From Octopus vulgaris (taxonomy: Eukaryota): a stretch of DNA of 64,000 bases. The notes below the pieces were generated by a model. That model did no database searches. It was not told where the DNA came from and saw only the letters and a program-made list of their open reading frames with translations. Shown here one piece after another: positions 39,781-52,962 of the stretch. Every line of letters begins with the position of its first letter. Within the stretch, counting starts at the first letter, position 1. Position numbers and translations under genes: made by a program. Location: assembly GCA_951406725.2 (NCBI GenBank), contig OX597821.1, positions 115,320,001 through 115,384,000 on the forward strand. The letters run 5' to 3'.

Positions 39781-40245
39781 TTAACCCTTTTTCTTTACCA
39801 TATTTCTACTGAAATACACTGACTTGGTTTTAATTAATTTCAAAAATAATGAAGAATTTATTAAAGTAACTGGCATTATTAAACTGGAGTTTGGGACATA
39901 AATTGGTTTCAAATTTTGGCACAAGCCCAGCAAGTTTAAGGGAGAGTGGGGGGGTCAGTCAATTACATCGACCCCAGTTTTTCAACTGGTACTTATTTTA
40001 TTGACCCTTAAAAGATGAAAGGCAAAATCGGCCTCAGCAGAATTTGAACTTGGGATGTAAAGATAGATGAAATGTTGTTAAGCATTTTGGCCAATGTGCT
40101 AACGATTCCGCCAACTTTCCACCTTGTTTGGGATATAAATTACCTTGAAATTTTGATGGAAGGTTTAGATTTAGATCCTTTAAAACAGGTGATTTGTATC
40201 ATAGAACCAGGGGTGGTCCAGGTGGATTGGTATGAAAAGGGTTAA
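39781..40245. mobile_element. TTAA-flanked MITE with a nested family A SINE (~39905-40125, minus strand)
   Basis: TTAACCCTTT...AAAAGGGTTAA ends. Same family as 5074-5467. Confidence 0.7.
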
Positions 40246-42834
40246 AGGAGTGGCTGTGTGATAAGAAGCTTGCTTCTCAACCACATGCTTCCAGGTTCAG
40301 TCCCACTGTGTGGCACCTTGGGGAAGTGTCTTTTACTATAGCCTTGGGCCGACCAAAGCCTTATGGAAACTGAAAGAAGCTATCATGTATATATATATAT
40401 ATATATATAGGAATACATAGATATATGTATTTGTGTGTTTGTGTTTGTTCCCCCACTCTATTGCTTGGACAACTGATGTTGATTTGTTTACGTCCCTGTA
40501 ACTTAGTGGTTCAGCAAAAGAGACCGATAGAATAAGTACTAAGCTTACAAAGAATAAGTCCTGGGGTCAATTTGTTTGACTAAAGATGGTGCTCCAGCAT
40601 GGCCACAGTCAAATGACTGAAGCAAGTGAAAGAATAAAAAAATACTGCTGTCTTTAACCTCTTTTGTTAACATATTTCTCTGGGAAACGGTACAGAATTT
40701 GACAAAACTGCTTAGTCTTTATAAACATGGTGTTTGAGATTTTACAATATGGAGATTGGGGTGGAGATGGCTGTCTACAAATGCGATCCCTCTAGGTCAA
40801 TGCCTTTTCCATTTTGTCTGCTGGGACCATGAGAAATGTTTCTATCATGTGAGGTCCCAAACACTAACCACCTACCCAAGAATTCAACCGGGATCATTGT
40901 TGTTCAGATGTAAAAATAACTATGAACGCCAAAACAGAAGTTTTTCTGACATTTGAGACATAAATTAAATTTGAAATAATCCGAAAATTTTCAAAGATTT
41001 TAATTCAAATCAGTTTAAAGCAGACAGTTTGTATACGGAACCTGTAAGGGAGATGATCAGACGGGTTGGTATAAAAATAGTGAAAACTATTTTTAAAAAA
41101 TTGTATTTATGATTATCAAATAAGTAAAGGCATCACTGGTTAACAAGCTTTCTTTGTAACCAGGTGGATGTAGTTTCAATCCTACTGTGCACCAAGTTGG
41201 GCAACTTTATTTTTTTATAGTCCTAGATCGATCAATGCCTTGTGATTAAATTTGGTCAGTGGAAACTATGTGGAAGCCTTTCATATGTGTGTGTGTGTTT
41301 GTGTTTTTCGCTCACTGCCACTTGTCAACCAGTGTTGGTTTGTTAATGACCCTGTTACTTAGTGGTTTGACAAAAGGGACCGTTAGAATAAGTACCGGAC
41401 TTAGGAAAATGAGTACTGGGGTTGATCTCTCTCAACAAAAACTTTTGAAGGCATTGCTCCAGAATGGCCACAGTCTAATGACTGAAACAGGTAAAGGAAA
41501 GATAAAAGATGTGTTGATATTAAGGTGTTGTTGACAAAATAAAACTCAAAGAGAATAGTGAATCTCTTGTAATATAAATTCGGTCAACAGGGAAATAAAA
41601 ACAAACAAATGGTGAGAATGTGATGTTTTGTGAATAAATATTATTATTAGGCACAGGCAGGGCTGTGTGGTAAGTAGCTTGCTTACCAACCACATGGTTC
41701 CGGGTTCAATCTCACTGCGTGGCACCTTGAGTAAGTGTCTTCTACTATAACATTGGGCCAACCAAAGCCTTGTTAGTGGATTTGGTAGATGGAAACTGAA
41801 AGAAGCCCATCATATATATATATGTGTGTGTGTGTGTTTGTGCATTGGTCCCCCCACCATCCACCATCGCTTGACAACTGATATTGGTGTGTTTACATCC
41901 CCATAACTTAGCAGTTCAGCAAAAGAGGTTGATAGAATAAGTACTTGGCTTACAAAGAATAAGTCCTGGGGTCGATTTGTTTGACTAAAGGTGGTGCTCC
42001 AGCATGGCTGAAGCAAATAAAAGAATTATTATTTATTTGTAATTCACATCAATATTGACATTGATTTTGCACAATAGAACCAGAAACACATAGATTTTTA
42101 GGTATTAAATGTCAAGTAGAATATTATTTCTATAGCAACTGATAATTGGTGAGGACTTTTGATATCAGGCTTTGGACTTTAGAAGCACCGATTCTTTATC
42201 CAAGAATAGCTGCCGGTTTTGAGAAAATGTCAAAGCACCATTTGAAATGTTTATCTCAAAAATCCCCGCACCCACCACACTTTGTCGGATTGTCAACTTC
42301 CCTAAGTGTCTTATCAGATAGTTTTTAGTATTTTAATCGCTTAAACAGTTTGAAAGAGAAACTACGCAATCGAATATCTATGTGACAGCTCAGCTAACTA
42401 TTCAGTTGGTTTTTCTCTCTCTTTCCTAAACCACCATCTCTTTGGATGTACATGTATGCATGCATGCATATATACATACATACACACACACACATGTATG
42501 TATACATGGATATGTGTGTGTGTTTGTATGTCTATACATGTATGTGTATATGTCAAAATGTGTGTGTGTATTTGGGGTAAAAACCTCATAGATACAGTGT
42601 GTTGTCTTAATTGTTATTGTAACTTGGTTGGCTCTTACATTCTCAAGTCAGAATGTCCAAAACAAGCACAAGCATGACTGTGTGGTACGAAGCTTACTTC
42701 CCAACCACATGGATCCAGGTTCAGTCCCACTGCATGGCACCTTGGGTGTCTTCTACTATAGCCTCAGGCCAACCAAAGTCTTGTGACTGGGTTTGGTAGA
42801 TGGGAACTTGAAGAAACCCATCGTATATATAAAC

Positions 42835-42866
<32 letters not shown>

Positions 42867-43439
42867 CTGTTTGCTGCCACCACCAGACAATCGGTGTTGG
42901 TGTGTTCAGGTCCCTGTAACTTAGCAGTTCGGCAAAAGAGACCAATATAATATGTACCAGGCTTTACACAAAAATAATAAATACTGGCATTCATTTATTT
43001 GACTAAAACTTCTTCAAGGCAGTGCCCCAGCATGGCCACAGTCTAACGACTGAAATCAAGTAACAAAAATAAGAGATGAATACATCTATAGATATTTGTA
43101 GTGGCGGGGTGGGTGGGATGGACATTATGATGTCGGGACATGTATAGGTAAAGTAAAGTTACCTGTGTGAGTGATGCCAACTCTTAAGGGCTGTTTTCCC
43201 AATTTCCATGGCATGTGTACATTCCCCACTTGGACGGGACACCAGTCCCTCACAGGATGACTCGCTTTTGCCAGCTGAGTGAACTGGAGCAACGAGAAAG
43301 TATCTTGCTCAAGAGCACAATGCGTTGCCTGATCTGGGAATCGGGACCACAATCTTACAATCACAAGTCCAACACCCTAACCACTAAGCCACGTGCCTGC
43401 ACATGTATATAAACACCCAAGAGTTAATCTTCTCCTTTG

Positions 43440-43680
43440 TGGTAGTTGTATAGATATTTCGATGCCTGCTTGCTTATGCTTATGATGACAGCGTTGATCC
43501 AAGGCAGTCATTGTTCTCCACCTTCAGTACATTGTCTCTCAAAGGAGCAGATATGGCTGACCAGACCGATTCAAGACAGGTAGGTCCTGTGCCACTGAGG
43601 GTACTGAAAATGACCTCGACTAACAGCTGCAGGGGTTGATGAAGAATTCTTCTCCTCTCTTCATTTGGTTTCCAAATGCT
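43440..43680 (-). mobile_element. RTE LINE extreme 3' fragment
   Basis: Minus strand encodes TCLS*IGLVSHI, the C-terminal motif of RTE/BovB-like ORFs. Confidence 0.55.
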
Positions 43681-43765
43681 CTACTTTAGCATCACACATG
43701 GACCCCCAGGGGCTGCAACTGTCCAATAGATTCTGCAATAAATATCGAAGAGAGACTGCCTTATT

Positions 43766-44265
43766 ATACCCTCCATCAGGCATTTGCCATATTCTGAACA
43801 CCTTACTTCCCTGGGCATGGATACATTGAAACTCCGACATCTGGCAGCTGACTTGGCAGACACCCATAAAATTATTAACCATCTTACAAACAATAACTCT
43901 GAGCACCTTTTCAAACTCCACCTGTCTAACACCTGTGGACATGTTTACAAAGTCAGAAAGCAGCACAGCTCCCATGACTTTCAGAAACATTTTTTTCACG
44001 CTAAGAGTTGCTGAAGCATGGAACAAACTGCCGGCATTATTTGTTAGTTGTTGGAGCACTGCATCCTTCAAAACTTCCATGCTTCCTGAGATTCGCCAAC
44101 ACTACACCTGATTTTCTCCCTCCATACACACGCAAGCATGTATCTGACTCATACACTGTTCACTTTCCAGACATTTGTACATTACTGCATATGCTTTATA
44201 TGCACTTTTGACAAGTTGTGGTACACCTGAGCACTGTATACGGTAATTTCATTATTATTATTATA
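43766..44265 (+). mobile_element. CR1-clade LINE 3' end
   Basis: LPYSEHLTSLGMDTL...NTCGHVYKVRK...KHFF, then a frameshift to RVAEAWNKLP, a 3' UTR and an (ATT)n tail. Confidence 0.85.
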
Positions 44266-45402
44266 AACCATTCCAATTGATTAAATAACCCTGTATATTT
44301 CCATATACATTAAGGCTTTGACTGACCCTCCCCACACATACCAAAGAAAAGGGTGTTTTATTCTCAAAAGTGAAGTATTATGATCCTATAGTTCAAATAA
44401 CCCATGCAGAGCCACTTTCTTGTGTTGGGTAGGGGAAATAACGATGGACATACAACATATCCCATTACTATAACTACACACATGGCTGTGTGGTTAAGAA
44501 GTTTGCTTCCCAACCACTTGGTTTTGAGCTCAGTCCCACTACATGGTACCTTGAACAAATCTTTTCTAGTTTAATCTTGAACCAACCAATGCCTTGAGTG
44601 GATTTGGTAGTTGGAAACTGAAAGAAGCCTGTCATATATTTATATATAAGTACATTGTGTGTGTGTGTGTGTCTCTTTGTCTTGACATCAGGCAATAGTT
44701 ATAAATGGTTGTCATTATACAAGCCATGTCCCTTGTTTCTAGTCTTCCATGAAAACCTGTTTGGTCACGGGGGAAATATTATCTAACTTGGAAACAGGTG
44801 AGGGTTAGCAACAGGAAAGGCATCCAGCTGTAGAAAATGTACCTCAGTAAATTCCATCTGACCCTGCAAGCATGGAAAATGGGACGTTTAACCCTTTATT
44901 GTTTGGATCACTTTATCAGAAATAGCAGCCAAATCTCCCTCAAAACAAAGAAAAATAGATACGCTGGTCACAGCTGGAAGGTTTTTGATTGTTGGTCTGC
45001 TCTGTTGTGGCTAACCCGGGGCTAAAGAATACATCATTTGCAGATGGCTATATTTTGGTTGTGCTAATAGTGTTTCAACACAGAATGGCAGAAACCTAGA
45101 AGATATGGCAATGCACTGCACAGCCAGAATATAGTCATCTGCCAATGTTGTGTTCTTTGGTGCTATATTAGCCATGACAGAGCAGACCCAGAATCAAAAA
45201 TTTTGCAGCTGTGACCACCATACCTTTCTGTCTGTCTGTCTGTCTGTCTTTCTATATATATACATACATAAACACACACCAAAGTTCACACAGAGAATAT
45301 AGTAAAAGACCTTTTTTTTGTTTGTTTTTCTTTTCCCAGAAAGTAATTTTAATGTCAGTTTGATTCTTTGGTTAATTCCTTTATTGATTTTACCATTTCC
45401 AG

Positions 45403-45456
45403 AAGGCAGTGGCAGTGAAGATGAAAGTAGTGCTCTGGGAACTTTGGCTGCCTCAG
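45403..45456 (+). CDS. Dyb: Dystrobrevin 54-nt exon (EGSGSEDESSALGTLAAS)
   Basis: ttccag| and |gtgagt, phase 1 to 1. Continues ELNS|E-GS-E as in vertebrate ELNSEVGSE. Confidence 0.88.
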
Positions 45457-46110
45457 GTGAGTTGTTTTTTTGTTTTTTTTTCTGTGCCTCTTTATATAAA
45501 AGAGCAAGTCACATCCTTACTTTTCTTATTTTGCTGTTTTTACCATGCTAATGAGAGTATGAAATACAGAGGCTATCAGATGACAAAGGCTATGTAATGG
45601 CCGATGTGAAAGACTCTGTAAAGAGAAATAGAAGCGATAGTGAGTGAGTTGGAGTAAGAGGTTGTCTGCTGGTCACAGTGGCAGACACAGACAGACAAGA
45701 GAGACTGAGTGACATGTAACAAGTAATCATGTTTCAGAACAACCAGTCAGAATGTAAAAGAGAGTCAGGTCATGGTATCTATGGTTCAGTTCAGTTGCCA
45801 ATTCGGTGCTTGTTTTGAAATTAGAGATCAAGGAGAATTCATGGAAACAAACATTTTTGCAAAGAATATATTTGCCATTAAGGAATTATTACATTAAATG
45901 TTTTTGCACTAAAAATTTTATGCTTCTGTAATTCAATTCATATAGGTGCAGGCATGGCTGCGTGGTAATAGAAGTTTGTTTTCCAACCATATGGTTTCAG
46001 GTTCTGTCCCACTGCATGGCACCTTGGGCAAGTATCTTCTGCTAGAGCCTTAGGCCAATTAAATCATTGATTGGATTTGGTAGATGGAAATTGAAAGAAC
46101 TCAACATCTC

Positions 46111-46170
<60 letters not shown>

Positions 46171-46775
46171 TATATGCACATAAATATGGACACATACACA
46201 CACCCATATATATATATCTTGTGGGTATTTGGTGACCTTGCTGGTGTCATGTAAAAAGCACCCACTACCCTATATGAAGTGGTTGGCATTAGGAAAGGCA
46301 ATCACCTGTAGAAACCATGCCAAAACAGACATTGAACCTGGCAGAGCCCTCTGGTTCATCTGTTCTTGTGATACTGTCCAACCCATGCCAGCATAGAAAA
46401 AAAGAACATTAAGTGATGATGATGATATGTGTGTGTTTGTCTCATCTTCACATCAGCTGACAATTGTCGTTGAATATCACTGTCATGAAAAACATGTCCA
46501 GCTAAGGGAAGATATTACTTTGCTTGGAAACAGTCAAGGATTGGAGGCAGGAAAGGCAGCCAGCTGCAGCAAATCTGCCTCAATGAATTTTCCTCTGACC
46601 CATGCAGGTATGGGAAAGCAGACATCATGATGATGGCAATTGTTAGCCATTTAGTTTAATTGAAAGTTTTTACTTGTTTTTCTTTGGTTCAATGAATAAT
46701 ATTTACCAAACAAGTTTTTGGCACTATAGACTAAACATATTTAATATTCTGTCAATGAATGCTTCTATTTTGAAG

Positions 46776-46953
46776 GTAATTTGGATATCGAGGCTTATTA
46801 CCCCACCCACACATCAGACGATGTTGATGGTTGGAGAGATGAAGTGAAACGGCGGTTAGACCAAGAGTCAGAATTCTTGGCACAGTTAAGGGCAAGGCGC
46901 CAGAAAGGTAGCAACAGCAGCAGTCGAAACCAAAGTGATTCAGAAACAGATCC
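46776..46953 (+). CDS. Dyb: Dystrobrevin tail exon (GNLDIEAYY...ESEFLAQLRARRQK...SETDP)
   Basis: Open reading frame, phase 1 to 2, donor |gtgagt. FLAQLRAR resembles alpha-dystrobrevin-1 FLAQIHAR. The acceptor is AAG. Confidence 0.85.
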
Positions 46954-47276
46954 GTGAGTGTCGTTCTTCCTGTTGTTATTGTTGGTGTTGCCGGGAATAA
47001 AAACCTGATAAATATCTCCCTTTTACTGTTGTTTTGTTCCATAGCAAGAAGAATGATAGAACCGTTGTCATAGCAACTGTTCTCACCATAATTGTTATTG
47101 CTGTTTGCTAGTGTTGTTGGTAACTAGTGAGAAATATTGATATTTTAGTAACTATACTAAAATGTTATCTATCATATGAAAGGCAAGTTTGGAAGTATAA
47201 TTTTACCACCATGGGTTAGTATCAGGAAATATGGGATACGTATGAATTATAATTCAACATATTATTATTATTATTA

Positions 47277-47890
47277 AGGTAGCAAGATGGCAGAATCATT
47301 AGCATTCTGGGCAAAATGCTTAGCAGCATTTCATCCATTTTGACATTCCGAGTTCAAATTCTGCCAAGGTTGACTTAGCCTTTCATCCTTTCAGGGCTGA
47401 TAAAATAAGTACCAGTTGAGGACTGGGGTTGATATAATTCACTTACTCCTTCCCCCGAAATTTCTGGCCTTGTACCAAAATCTGAAGCCATTGTTATTAA
47501 TATTAGGGTGGTGAGCTGGCAGAATTGTTAGCACAACAGGCAAAATGCTTGATGGCATTTTGTCCAGCTTTACGTTCTGAGTTCAAATTCCACCAAAGTT
47601 GACTTTACCTTTCATCCTTTCAGGGTTGATAAATTAAATACCAGTGAAACACTGGGGTCAACATAATCGACTAGTTCCCTCCCTCAAAGTTTTAGGCCTT
47701 GTGCCTTTAGTATAAAGGTTTATTATTAAGGCAGCGAGCTGGCAGAATCGATAGTATGCTGGGCAAAATGCTTAACAGTATTTTGTCTGTCTTCAGGTTC
47801 TGAGTTCAAATGCCACCAGAGTCAACGCTACCTTTTATCCATTTGGGATCAATAAATTAAGTACCAGTTGAGAACTGGGGTCGATGTTGT
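47277..47890 (+). mobile_element. Three head-to-tail family A SINEs
   Basis: Copies separated by (TTA)n linkers. Confidence 0.85.
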
Positions 47891-47920
47891 AGCACACACT
47901 CAAGTGAAATTTCTCTCCCT

Positions 47921-48148
47921 TTTATTATATATACATACATTACAACGTAGCAGGTAACAGCTAGCCTTTGGCTGCTATTTGGGCCCCATTGTGTCCACTA
48001 CTCTGATTGGTTGGTATTGATGCAACAGAGTAAGAGACAAATTGTGCCAATACCAACCAATCAGATTAGTGAACACAATAGGGTCCAAATAGCAGCCAAA
48101 AGCTAGCTATTACCTGCTTCATTCAAATGTACATATATATATAATAAA
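47921..48148. mobile_element. Palindromic MITE-like element with CCAATCAG boxes
   Basis: Arms of about 100 bp, including ctgattggttggtattg and caataccaaccaatcag. Confidence 0.75.
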
Positions 48149-51147
48149 GGTTAATCACTTGTCTGTGTGTTTGCAAAATTACTGGAAAAAGGCTGAATGG
48201 ATTTTCACCAAACTTGGCAGAAATACTCATTGGGTTTGTGGCTGGAAATGATGAAAATTTGCTTTGATTATCTTCAAACATACAGAAATACATACATAGA
48301 TATGTGACTGTGTGTGTATGTAGTTATGGATTTGAGGGGTTTATTTATGAGTTGATTTAATTTCACCAGAGTATAAATACCTCGAACTTACAAATTGTGT
48401 GTGTATAGCATCCCTTTACTCATTGCCTGCCACCAAACGTAGTATGTGCACTTGATGCACAGATCCTGCATTTTTTGTGTTAACACTATGCGATTTTAAG
48501 TGTGACTGGAGAAACCAACCAATATTTACATCAGCTATTACTATAGTGTTTATTATTAATTATTATTATGGAAGCAAGCTGGCAGAATCATTAGTACACT
48601 AGGTAAAATGCTTTGTGGCATTTTGTACATCTTTATGTTCTAAGTTTGAATTCTACCACAGTTAACTTTGCCCTTCATCCTTTCAGGATCAACAAAATAA
48701 GTACCAGTTGAATACTGGTGTTGACATTATCAACTTATTCCCTTCCCTGAAATTGCTGGCCTTGTGTCAAAAGTTGAAACCATTATCATTATTATTATTA
48801 AGGTAGCAAACTGGCAGAATTTGTAGCATTTTGCCCATCTATACATTCTGAGTTCAAATTCCACCAAGATTTACTTTTACCTTTCATCCTTTTGGTGTTG
48901 ATAAAATAAATACCAGTTGAATAATGGGGTCAATGTAATTGACTGTCCACCCCGCTCCAAATTTCAGGTCTTGTGCCCATAGCAGGAAGGATGATTATTA
49001 TTATTATTATGATATAGAGATTAATAATGAAGGTGTGTGACAGAATGGTTAGAGTGTTAGGCTCACAACTGTAAAGCTGTGGGTTCAATTCCCCGACTGG
49101 CACTTCATTTCACATTACTCCAGTTTTCTCAGCTAAAAATGCATGCCAGCCTCTTTCATTCTCTCTTCCTCCACATTTCCCATCCTGGATGTTCCACAGG
49201 ACCAAGGGTGGGAGATCCAAGGGAGAGAGGGGTGTCATCATCTGCTCATACAGGCACCCAAAACAACTAAGCATGGTACAAATGATCAGGGGTCACACCC
49301 ACCTGTGAGTGACTGCTGCCAAAATGCTTATTGCTACTTTGCTGTTGTCATGACAACTTGTCATATTCTGTGAGGACACGTGGCTTAGTACTTAGGGTAT
49401 TCAGTTCATGATTGTAAGGTCCTGAGTTCAATTCCCAGTGACACATTGTCTCCTTGAGCAAGACACTTTATTTCACCCTGCTCCAGTCCACTCAGCTGGC
49501 AAAAATGAGTTGTACCAGTAATTCAAAGGGTCCAGCCATGTCATATTTCTGTGTCCTGCTGAATCTACATTGGGAGTACTCAGCCACTTGCATGTTAATT
49601 ATTTCATGTGTAGGGGCCATTCTGTTGACCAGGTCAAAGTGGGACACTCATTGTCATAAATTATGGGGTGCCAGTTTTTTTGGGTCTTCTTATATATCTA
49701 CTGCTAGTGTCATGACAACCGTTGCACCAACTGTTAACCTGATAACTACCATAACATTGCTGTAGTTTGTAAGATTTGTTGTTACAATAGTTGCTGCCTG
49801 AGTTGCTAAATAGCTACATTGTCACCATGGAAACCATTGTTAGAGAGATGTTGTCACGTACTGATACTATACCTATTTCTTTACTACCCACAAGGAGCTA
49901 CACACAGAGAGGACAAACAAGGACAGACAAATGGATTAAGTCGATTATATCAACCTCAGTGCATAACTGGTACTTAATTTATCGACCTGGAAAGAATGAA
50001 AGGCAAAGTCGGCCTCGTCGGAATTTGATACTATACCAACTCATATTAATGCTGGTATCGTTCATAATAGTTGCTATGGAAATGGTTGTTATGGAAACTG
50101 AACACTAATTGTTGCTATGAATAAATATTGTCCAATTTTGCAAGAGTAATTATTTTGTAGTGAGGTTACATCATAATTCCTGTGTTAATGAACAAAGTGG
50201 TAGGCAGGTGGATAGGTATGTGGGCGAGTGTGTCAGTAGGTTGGCAGATAAATAAGTAAAAAGGTATGTATTGGGGGTACACATACGGTTCTGGGTTCAG
50301 TTCCACTGCATGGCATCTTGGGTGTCTCCTATTATACCCTGAGCCAATATCTCCTGTGTGGATTTAAGATACAGAAACTGAAAGAAGCCTGGTGTATGTT
50401 TGTGTGTTTTTATATACAGATGAAAAGAACTGATGCATAAACAATTAAAAATAGAAATCCCCAGTAATTAAGGGCTCAACAACAGATTGTTCAACTCCAA
50501 GATGTTATATAATATTGTAGTAAATCCTTGTGGAAAAAACTAGAATGTATATAAAATGTATATAAAGAATCAGCTAAAATGATCCTTAGGAACAACATAT
50601 CAAAATGGTGTGTGTGTATCATCATCATCATTCAACGTCTGTTTTCCATGCTGGCATGGGTTGGACGGTTTGACAGGTCTGGAGAGCCAGCAGCTGCACC
50701 AGGCTCCAATCTGATCTGGCAATGTTTCTACAGCTGGATGCCCTTTCTTTTGCCAACCACTCCGAGAGTATAATGGATGCTTTTTACGTGCCATCGGCAC
50801 AGGAGCTGGTCATGGGGAACTGGCATTGGCCACGTTTGTATAGTGCTTTTTATGTGCTACTGGCACAAGAGCCACTCAGGGAGTACTGGCATCAGCCACA
50901 TTCGGATGGTGCTTTTTACATGCTACTGGCATGGGGGCCAGTCAGGCAGGCATCTGTATGTTTGTGCCTGGGGCCCACAGTTGAGAACCACTAGTCTAAA
51001 TAAATACCCCACTCCACTAGATAGTGGGATCAAACCAAAAGTCCATAACATAACTGCCCACTACCTTAGCCATCACTCTGCTATCCCAAATGTGTTTGCT
51101 GTTATATTTCTTTCACATAACTGTCATGCTCGGTCTTCCCCCTTTAG

Positions 51148-51301
51148 ATACATTCCTGATGACTGTGAATCTTACGGCCGTACAGAAGATGACGCAAGTG
51201 TCCTTGTCACAGATGATGGTGAGTCCTATATCGGGACCAACGATGGCAGCCGTGCCCTTACAGACGACGATGATTCAGAACTCTATGATAATCATCCAAA
51301 A
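51148..51301 (+). CDS. Dyb: Dystrobrevin acidic tail exon (YIPDDCESYGRTEDD...ELYDNHPK)
   Basis: ctttag| and |gtaatt, phase 2 to 0. The DP|Y junction matches alpha-dystrobrevin-1 DPY. Shares the ESY motif with the last exon. Confidence 0.85.
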
Positions 51302-51453
51302 GTAATTAAAATCTTTCCTCTTCTCTATTTGATTACATTTTCAGTTTTGCTTCATTCTACACAAATCAACTAAAATCTTGCTGGACGTAAAATTTCATGT
51401 GGAGTTTCTTCCTTGTCTTTTTATTGTTTTTAGATAAACTCTTTCATGTTTGT

Positions 51454-51761
51454 AGTAAAGATTGTTTGCCAACATAGCATGGCAGTTCTGGTTTAGGATG
51501 AATGTTGCTATAATTTAGCCCCAGGAGACATTGTCTCCAGCTGGCTATACAACACGATCTGTGTCCTTATATTTTCAGACAAGGGAATCTAGCACCCCCA
51601 CTCAGCTCAAATAAAAAAGCTGGAGACAATGTCTCCTGGGGCTAAATTACAGCAACATTCGTCCTAAACCAGGACTGCCATGTTATGTTGGCAAATAATC
51701 TTTACTCCAAAGTACTGTTGCTGAATATCTCTTGTTGTGAGATTTAAAAAATAGTAATTTT
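51454..51761. mobile_element. Fold-back retro-insertion with a 15-bp target-site duplication
   Basis: Arms of about 90 bp. CTCTTTCATGTTTGT at 51439-51453 and 51762-51776. Confidence 0.8.
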
Positions 51762-52146
51762 CTCTTTCATGTTTGTTGATTCCTTAATTGTAGTCTTTTG
51801 GCTCCGTTCCTCTCTCTACCGACCTTTTCTGTGTTTTTTATGTTGAGAAAAGAAGAGGATGTAAGAAGTAATTAACATGATTAGAAGAGAATGGAATGAT
51901 AGCCTTGTTGCAATGAGAGAGGAAAGGCAAGTAAGCAGGAGAGAGAGAGAGAGAGAGAAAAGACCAATAAAATGTAGTGATGAAATTAATTAGAGGATTA
52001 TTTTATTGTTCAAATTGTAACAACGAAGTAAGCAGCAGACATTGAGATGGTCTATTGTTTGTCTTTGGTGGCCATTGAAGACCACCAAGTATTGTTTGTG
52101 TCATAAGAGAGCAACTACAGGTGTTTGTATTCATTGTATGATAACA

Positions 52147-52179
<33 letters not shown>

Positions 52180-52761
52180 GGCTGTGTTGCCCTCAGGTAA
52201 TGTGTACCTAACAGACTTGTTTCAATAGCTACTCACTCATCGTCTGATTATCAAAGGCTCTGACACTTATAATCATACAACAGATACATACACACACACA
52301 AGCTACGCGTTCTCCACTGTTATGTTTTATTGATTAAGTATATTGTTGAAGACAGACTACTAATAACATTGGTGTAGACCTAAAACAATCGGTTTCTAAC
52401 AATCTCACGAAAGAGCAGGTTTAGCAATTATTCAGTTCTGGTCAACACTGGTCTTTTCTCAGTATTTTTAATATCCTCAATAATATTTTCCTCTCTTCAT
52501 TGCTTGTAATTATTTCAAAGTAATATTCAGTTACAGGTTTTTTAATTAATACAATACATGATACTCTTGATGGTTGAGGTAAACAGAACTTTTAAATTAA
52601 TTAGTTAACTCAATTATGTAATTAATGATGTCAACTCTAACGAAACAGCTGTTGAATATGATTAAAATATGAACTATATATGAAATTTACATTTTTCTGC
52701 TGTTCTAAATATTCAGTTATTGATAATTCTTGTAATTTTCAGTGTTAAGTAAATTCAGAGT

Positions 52762-52962
52762 TGGAGTAAAGATTATTTGCCAACATAACATGGCAGTCCT
52801 GGTTTAGGACGAATGTTGCTGTAATTTAGCCTCAGGAAACATCAGGGCTAAATTACAGCAACATTCGTCCTAAACCAGGACTGCCACATTAATGTTGGCA
52901 AACAATCTTTACTCCAAAGTACTGAATATCTCTCATTGTGAGATTTAAAAATAGTAATTTTC
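52762..52962. mobile_element. Second copy of the 51454 fold-back family
   Basis: Same arms with a much shorter spacer. Imperfect TSD aaattcagagttg / aaatttagaattg. Confidence 0.8.

Noticed and set aside
50777-51147. 5' part of the 198-aa ORF
   Set aside because: Derived from a family C repeat and intron sequence. Only 51148-51301 is bounded by splice sites.
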